A stretch of DNA of 64,000 bases, taken from assembly GCA_035536915.1 (NCBI GenBank), contig DATLNE010000041.1:1-64000 (forward strand), read 5' to 3'. Below, piece after piece: positions 59,158 to 64,000 of the stretch; position 1 is the first letter of the stretch; every line of letters starts with the position of its first letter. The notes under the pieces were generated by a model, which made no database searches, was not told the DNA's origin, and saw only the letters and a list, made by a program, of their open reading frames with translations. The position numbers were made by a program, and so were the translations under genes. Origin of the DNA: Acidimicrobiales bacterium. GTDB lineage: Bacteria > Actinomycetota > Acidimicrobiia > Acidimicrobiales > JAHWLA01.

Positions 59158-60304
59158 AGCGGCGCATGTGCACGTTGAGCACGAGGCCCACGGCCGCAAA
59201 ACCCGCCAAGGTTGCGGAGCCGCCATACGACATGAAGGGCAAGGGGATGCCGGTGATCGGCATGATGCCCATGGTCATGCCGACGTTCTCGAAGATCTGG
59301 AACACGAACATGGCCAGCACGCCGACGCACACCAGCGTGCCGCTCAGGTCGCGGGCCAAGGCGGCCGCTCGCCACGTGCGCCAGATGACGACGGCGAACA
59401 GGGCCAACAGCAGTCCTGACCCGGCCAGGCCGAGCTCCTCCCCCACCACGGTGAAGATGAAGTCGGTGTGCTGCTCGGGCACGTACGACAGGTTCGTCTG
59501 CGAGCCGTTGAACAACCCGGTGCCGGTCAGCCCGCCGTGGGCAATGGCGATCTTCGACTGGTTGAGGTTGTAGGCCGAACGCTGCGTGTCCTCGGTGGGG
59601 TCGAGGAACGCCGTCAGCCGCTCGCGCTGGTAGTCCTGCAGGATGCCGAGTTGGAGCACGACCACCACGACGGCCACGCCCATCAGGGCCAGCGCCCCGA
59701 GGTGCTGGGGCCGGGCGCCCGCCACCAGCAACATGCCGAGCAGGATGGCCAGGAACACCAGGGCGGTGCCGAGGTCGGGCTGCAGCATGATCAGCCCGAC
59801 GGGCACGGCGGTGAGCCCCACCACCACGGCAAGCCGCTGGGCGTCGAGGTCGCCGCGGTGCAGTGATGCGTACGCGGCCAGGCAGACGATCAGGGCGATC
59901 TTGGCCCACTCCGAGGGCTGGAACTGGAACGACGCCAGTTGGAACCACGCCTGCGAGCCCTTGCTGCTGGAGCCCAAAGGCGTGAGCACAGCGAACAGCA
60001 ACGCCACCGTGGCCGGGTAGATGAGCGCGGCGCGGTCGCGGAACACGCGGTAGTCGACCAGCGTCATGCCGATCATCACGGCGATCCCGAGCACCACGAA
60101 GACCAGTTGGCGATTGAGGAAGTACTCGGGGTCGACTCGTCCCTCGGCCTCCAGCCGCCGGCGGGTGGCGCTGTAGACCATCAACGTCCCCAGGGCCGAT
60201 ATGAGCACGACGGCGACGACGAGCACGAAGTCGACGTGCGCCCACGGGCCCGTGCTCGTGCGGCCCGTGCCCCGGGTGCGCGTGCGACTGGCTACAGCGG
60301 CCAT
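59150..60304 (-). CDS. rodA: rod shape-determining SEDS protein RodA
   Basis: FtsW/RodA motifs (PSEWAKIALIV, MSYGGSA); ATGA overlap with the PBP2 stop. Confidence 0.85.
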   Translation of the reverse strand: MAAVASRTRTRGTGRTSTGPWAHVDFVLVVAVVLISALGTLMVYSATRRRLEAEGRVDPEYFLNRQLVFVVLGIAVMIGMTLVDYRVFRDRAALIYPATVALLFAVLTPLGSSSKGSQAWFQLASFQFQPSEWAKIALIVCLAAYASLHRGDLDAQRLAVVVGLTAVPVGLIMLQPDLGTALVFLAILLGMLLVAGARPQHLGALALMGVAVVVVVLQLGILQDYQRERLTAFLDPTEDTQRSAYNLNQSKIAIAHGGLTGTGLFNGSQTNLSYVPEQHTDFIFTVVGEELGLAGSGLLLALFAVVIWRTWRAAALARDLSGTLVCVGVLAMFVFQIFENVGMTMGIMPITGIPLPFMSYGGSATLAGFAAVGLVLNVHMRRFS

Positions 60305-62202
60305 CAGTCGACCCCTCCGGCCAACTGCACGTCGCCCACCGGCTTGCCCGCCAGCCCGGCGAAGATACGCCGCGCCACCGGCGCCGCCACGGAACCGCCG
60401 AAGCCCGACTCCTCCATGATCACGGAGATGGCGTACTGCGGGGCGTTGGCGGGGCCGAAGCCCGCGAAGATGGCCGTGTCCTGCTTGCCGGTCACCTGGG
60501 CGGTGCCGGTCTTGCCCGCCACCGGGAAGCCGTCGAAGCCTGCGAAGGCGCCATGGGCGGTGCCCTTGGGATCGGTGATGGCACCGCGAAGGCCCGCCAC
60601 GATGGGGGTGCGCACGTTGGCCGGCAGGTCGACCTTGCGGGTGGTGACCGACGGGACTTCGCGCACGACCGTGCCGTCCTGGCGCAGGATGCGCGCCGCC
60701 ACCTTGGGTTGGTGCACCGTGCCGCCGTTGGCGAACGCCGCATAGGAGACGCCGAGTTGCAGGGGCGTCACCACGGTCTCGCCCTGGCCGATCGACAGGT
60801 TGACGTTGTCGCCCGCGAACCAGCGGCCCTCGGGGAAGGCGTCGGGCCGCGCCTCGTGCAACCGCTTGCGGCCCTCGGGATCGGAGATGCGGCCGCGGGC
60901 CTCCGACGCCAGCGGGATGCCCGTCTTCTCGCCCAGGCCGAACTCCTTGGCCGTGTCCTGAATGACCGTCTCGCCGTACTGGCTGCGCTGGTTCCAGAAC
61001 GACGCACCCAACGTGTAGAAGTAGACGTCGGACGACACGGCCAGCGCCCGGGTCACGTTGACCCGGCCCCACGGGTAGCTGCCCGCGTTGCGGAAGGTGC
61101 GGTTGCCGACCCGCAGTTCGCCGTGGTCGTCGAAGGTGGTGCGCTCGTTGACAAGGCCCTTGCGCATGGCGGCCGTCGCCGTCACCAGCTTGAAGGTGGA
61201 GCCCGGCGCGTACTGGCCCTGCACCACCCGGTTGTTGAGGGGGAAGTAGCTGGCCGGGTCCTGCATCGTGCGGAACACGTCGGGGCTGATGCCATTGACG
61301 AACGAGGCCGGGTCGTACGTCGGGTACGACGCCATGGCCAGCACCGAACCGTCGTTGGGGTCGAGCACCACGACGGAGCCCGCGGGCGCCACGAAGTTCT
61401 TCTTTGTCTCCCGGTCGGCGTCGCGCCGGGCCGCTTCGAGGCCGCGCACGAGAGACTCCTCGGCCAGGCGCTGCACGTCGAGGTCGATCGTCAGTTGTAC
61501 GTCGTGGCCTTGCACGGGGGCACGGCGGGCGAGCGTCTGCAATACCCGGTTGGACGAGTCGACTTGGAGCTTGGTGATGCCCTGCTCGCCGCGCAGGTCT
61601 TCCTCGTAGGACTGCTCGACGCCCGACTTCCCGATCGACTCGCCCAGCCGATAGCCCTTCTCGTCGCGGCTCTTGAGCTCGGTGTCGTTGATCTCACCGA
61701 CGTAGCCGAGCAGGTGGGCGGCCAGGGTGCCGTTGGGGTAGGAACGGCGGGCCAGCTTGGCCTCGTCGACGCCGGGGAAGTCGGCGCGGTGCTCCTTGAG
61801 GTAGACGATCTTCTCCTCGGGCACGTCCTCGGCCACCGGCACCGGCTTGTAGTGGCTGTAGCGAGGATCGGCGATGCGCTTGACCAGCTCGGCCTCGCTG
61901 ATGCCGAGCAGGGCGGCCAGGCGCGGGATCACCTCTTGTTCGTGGCCCTTGAGCTCGACCCGGTTGACGGTGATGGCCTCCGACACCCGGTTGTCGACAA
62001 GCACCCGGCCTTGCCGGTCGAGGATGCGGCCGCGCGGCGCTTCCTCGAAGACGAGCTTGGCCTCGTTCTGCTCGGCCTGCAGCTGGAACGTCTCGCTGTC
62101 GAGCACCTGGAGGTACCAGAGGCGGGCGAAGAGGGCGGCGAAGAGCGAGATGACGACGACGCCGAGCACGGCGAGTCGGAGGCGGCTGTTCTCTGTGGTC
62201 AT
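60304..62202 (-). CDS. mrdA: penicillin-binding protein 2 (class B PBP)
   Basis: N-terminal TM, dimerisation and transpeptidase domains (STFK, SSD/N, KTGT); 4-nt overlap with mreD. Confidence 0.85.
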   Translation of the reverse strand: MTTENSRLRLAVLGVVVISLFAALFARLWYLQVLDSETFQLQAEQNEAKLVFEEAPRGRILDRQGRVLVDNRVSEAITVNRVELKGHEQEVIPRLAALLGISEAELVKRIADPRYSHYKPVPVAEDVPEEKIVYLKEHRADFPGVDEAKLARRSYPNGTLAAHLLGYVGEINDTELKSRDEKGYRLGESIGKSGVEQSYEEDLRGEQGITKLQVDSSNRVLQTLARRAPVQGHDVQLTIDLDVQRLAEESLVRGLEAARRDADRETKKNFVAPAGSVVVLDPNDGSVLAMASYPTYDPASFVNGISPDVFRTMQDPASYFPLNNRVVQGQYAPGSTFKLVTATAAMRKGLVNERTTFDDHGELRVGNRTFRNAGSYPWGRVNVTRALAVSSDVYFYTLGASFWNQRSQYGETVIQDTAKEFGLGEKTGIPLASEARGRISDPEGRKRLHEARPDAFPEGRWFAGDNVNLSIGQGETVVTPLQLGVSYAAFANGGTVHQPKVAARILRQDGTVVREVPSVTTRKVDLPANVRTPIVAGLRGAITDPKGTAHGAFAGFDGFPVAGKTGTAQVTGKQDTAIFAGFGPANAPQYAISVIMEESGFGGSVAAPVARRIFAGLAGKPVGDVQLAGGVD

Positions 62203-62702
62203 CGGGCGTAGGAACGGTCGGGTTCGAGTCCCGCCATGGCCCACGAGGCCAGGCGCACGGCGGGCAGGGCGAGCACGGCGTTGCCGACGGCGACGACGGC
62301 AACGATGGCCGGCACGTCAGCGTCGAGCAGCTGGGTCTGGCCCAGCACGGCGCCGAGCACGACGAACAAGACGATGCCCGCAGCGCTGGCCACGAACGCC
62401 GTCACCGGGGTGATCCACCACGACGAGCGGATGAGCGTGGCCTGCAGGGCGCCCACGGCGAAGGCGACGAGGGCGAAGGTGAGGGCCGACAGGCCGAGCG
62501 GGGTCTGCACGAACAAGTCGGCCAACAGGCCTACGCCGAAGCCGACAACCGCGCCCGACTCGCTGCCCGCCACGATGGCCACCGCGATGGCGAACAGCAG
62601 GAGGGCGTCGGGATGGACGCCGCGGATGCGCACGTCCTGGAAGGCCGAGTACTGCAGCGTGAGGACGAGCAGTACGGCAATCGGCAGGCGGGCCCGGTTC
62701 AT
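62199..62702 (-). CDS. mreD: rod shape-determining protein MreD
   Basis: 167 aa polytopic; position between mreC and PBP2. Confidence 0.7.
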   Translation of the reverse strand: MNRARLPIAVLLVLTLQYSAFQDVRIRGVHPDALLLFAIAVAIVAGSESGAVVGFGVGLLADLFVQTPLGLSALTFALVAFAVGALQATLIRSSWWITPVTAFVASAAGIVLFVVLGAVLGQTQLLDADVPAIVAVVAVGNAVLALPAVRLASWAMAGLEPDRSYAR

Positions 62703-63532
62703 GCGGCCCGGGGGCTCCACTGGAGGACCTTGACGAAGGTGAGGCGGCTGAGGTCGACGACCGGGTCGACGGTGACCTCCTGCTGCAGTTCCCCGGGGCG
62801 AGCCGTGGCCGAGCGCACCTTGCCCACCGGGATCCCCGGCGGGAACACGCTCTGCTGCAAGCCGCTGGTGACCACCACTTCGTCGGGCGGCACCACCGTG
62901 GCGGGGTCGATCAGGTCGACGCCGAGGGGCGAGCGTTCGCCTTGGCCGTTGGCCACGCCGATGTCGCCCGACGACACCAGCCGCACGCCGACGCTCGACT
63001 CCGCGTCGGTGATCAGCAGCACCGTCGAACGGGTGCGGCTGGCCTCGACCACTCGGCCCACCAGCCCGGCGCCCGACACCACCGGCATGCCTTGGACCAC
63101 GCCGTCACCAGTGCCGCGGTCGATCTCCAGCGTCAGCTCGAAGTTGTTGGGCGAGAGGGTCACCACGCGGGCGGCCACGGTGGGAATGTCGCCGATGTAG
63201 GCGAGCTCCTGCTGGTCGAGCAGCGCCTTCAGCTCGCGCTGGGCGTCCTGGGCCTTCAGCTGTTCGCCGTCGCGACTGGCCAGCTGTTCGCGCAGGCGGG
63301 CGTTTTCCGCCTCCAGGTCGCCGTAGTGGACGATGCCCTGCACCACGTCGCCCACCGGTTCGAACACGGCGTCGGCCGCCGAGGTGATCGGCGCGAAGGC
63401 GTCGCGGGCGGCACCGCGCACGCTGTCGACCACCCGGGCCCCGCGCTCGTCGAGGGTCAGCAGGGTGACAGCGGTGACGACGAGCAGCAGGAGGGTGAAC
63501 CGAGGACGAGCAGAGCGTCGATAGACGGCCAC
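62699..63532 (-). CDS. mreC: rod shape-determining protein MreC
   Basis: N-terminal TM, coiled coil, MreC beta domains; 277 aa. Confidence 0.85.
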   Translation of the reverse strand: MAVYRRSARPRFTLLLLVVTAVTLLTLDERGARVVDSVRGAARDAFAPITSAADAVFEPVGDVVQGIVHYGDLEAENARLREQLASRDGEQLKAQDAQRELKALLDQQELAYIGDIPTVAARVVTLSPNNFELTLEIDRGTGDGVVQGMPVVSGAGLVGRVVEASRTRSTVLLITDAESSVGVRLVSSGDIGVANGQGERSPLGVDLIDPATVVPPDEVVVTSGLQQSVFPPGIPVGKVRSATARPGELQQEVTVDPVVDLSRLTFVKVLQWSPRAA

Positions 63533-63545
63533 GCAGGCCGGCTCC

Positions 63546-64000
63546 TTAGTGGCCGCTCGAGGAGATGAGGACCTGCTTCAGGGCCTCGAACTCCTCGAGG
63601 CACTGGCCGCTCCCGATGGCGACCGAGTGCAAGGGGTTCTTGGCGATGACGATCGGCATGCCGGTCTCGGCCGAGAGGCGGGCGTCGAGGCCGTGGAGCA
63701 GCGCGCCGCCCCCGGTGAGGACGATGCCCTGTTCCATGATGTCGGCGGCGAGCTCGGGCGGCGTCTTGTCGAGGGTCACCTTCACAGCATCGACGATGGC
63801 CGACAACGGCTCTTCGATGGCCTCACGGATTTCCTCGGTGGTGGTCACGATCGTCTTGGGCAAGCCGGTGATGAGGTCGCGGCCTCGGATCTCGGCGTGC
63901 AGCTCCTCTTCCAGGGGGCACGCGGAACCGAGGGCGATCTTGATCTCCTCGGCCGTGCGCTCGCCGAGGGCGAGGCTGTACTCCTTCTTGATGAACTGGA
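63546..64000 (-). CDS. mreB: rod shape-determining protein MreB (3' part; 5' end lies beyond the window)
   Basis: actin-like C-terminus (GIVLTGGGALLHGLDARLSAETGMPI); the reading frame continues to the window edge. Confidence 0.9.
   Translation of the reverse strand, partial: QFIKKEYSLALGERTAEEIKIALGSACPLEEELHAEIRGRDLITGLPKTIVTTTEEIREAIEEPLSAIVDAVKVTLDKTPPELAADIMEQGIVLTGGGALLHGLDARLSAETGMPIVIAKNPLHSVAIGSGQCLEEFEALKQVLISSSGH

Noticed and set aside
60553-62211. 552-aa plus-strand ORF
   Set aside because: Antisense to the PBP2 gene, which has the transpeptidase motifs.
1-64000. CRISPR arrays, rRNA, tRNA genes, IS transposases
   Set aside because: No regularly spaced direct repeats, no rRNA-like conserved stretches, and no transposase-like (DDE/HTH) ORFs were seen; the only mobile-like elements are the HNH/DUF222 pseudogene and the TA cassettes.

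Overview
The window is a high-GC (about 70%) chromosomal segment from an actinobacterium (order-level identity uncertain); calls were made by reading the six-frame translations for family motifs. Most long ORFs on the strand opposite each real gene are GC-driven artefacts and were ignored. The conserved backbone runs on the minus strand: mreB(partial)-mreC-mreD-PBP2-rodA, then radical SAM (TIGR03960-like)-DUF2344-rne-rplU-rpmA-obg-proB ... proA ... nadD-LytR_C-rsfS, and at the left edge an MprA/MprB-like two-component pair with an HtrA/PepD-like protease plus a MoxR-DUF58 pair. Inserted into and around this backbone are accessory modules: (1) a mosaic region at about 6.2-10.2 kb where diverged copies of two gene 3' ends flank an HTH-XRE + nucleotidyltransferase cassette, with a chimeric B/A join at microhomology; (2) a Liv-type ABC transporter with an unusual MFS-LivG-LivF triple fusion; (3) a lower-GC Fic gene translationally coupled to a MoxR/CoxD-like AAA+ ATPase and a CoxE-like VWA protein, a candidate three-component conflict/regulatory system; (4) an adenylation-PCP-membrane acyltransferase(AT3-like) fusion protein; (5) a complete sulfate-assimilation cluster (TauE, sirA, cysH, cysD, cysN); (6) a VapBC-type toxin-antitoxin inserted between rne and rplU; (7) a frameshifted DUF222/HNH (REP13E12-like) element next to pspA; (8) a stomatin-NfeD operon and a separate flotillin; (9) a SipW signal peptidase operon with two proteins carrying SipW-cognate (TasA-like) signal peptides. 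No rRNA, tRNA or CRISPR array was found. Many adjacent genes overlap by ATGA/GTGA start-stop overlaps, which supports the operon calls.
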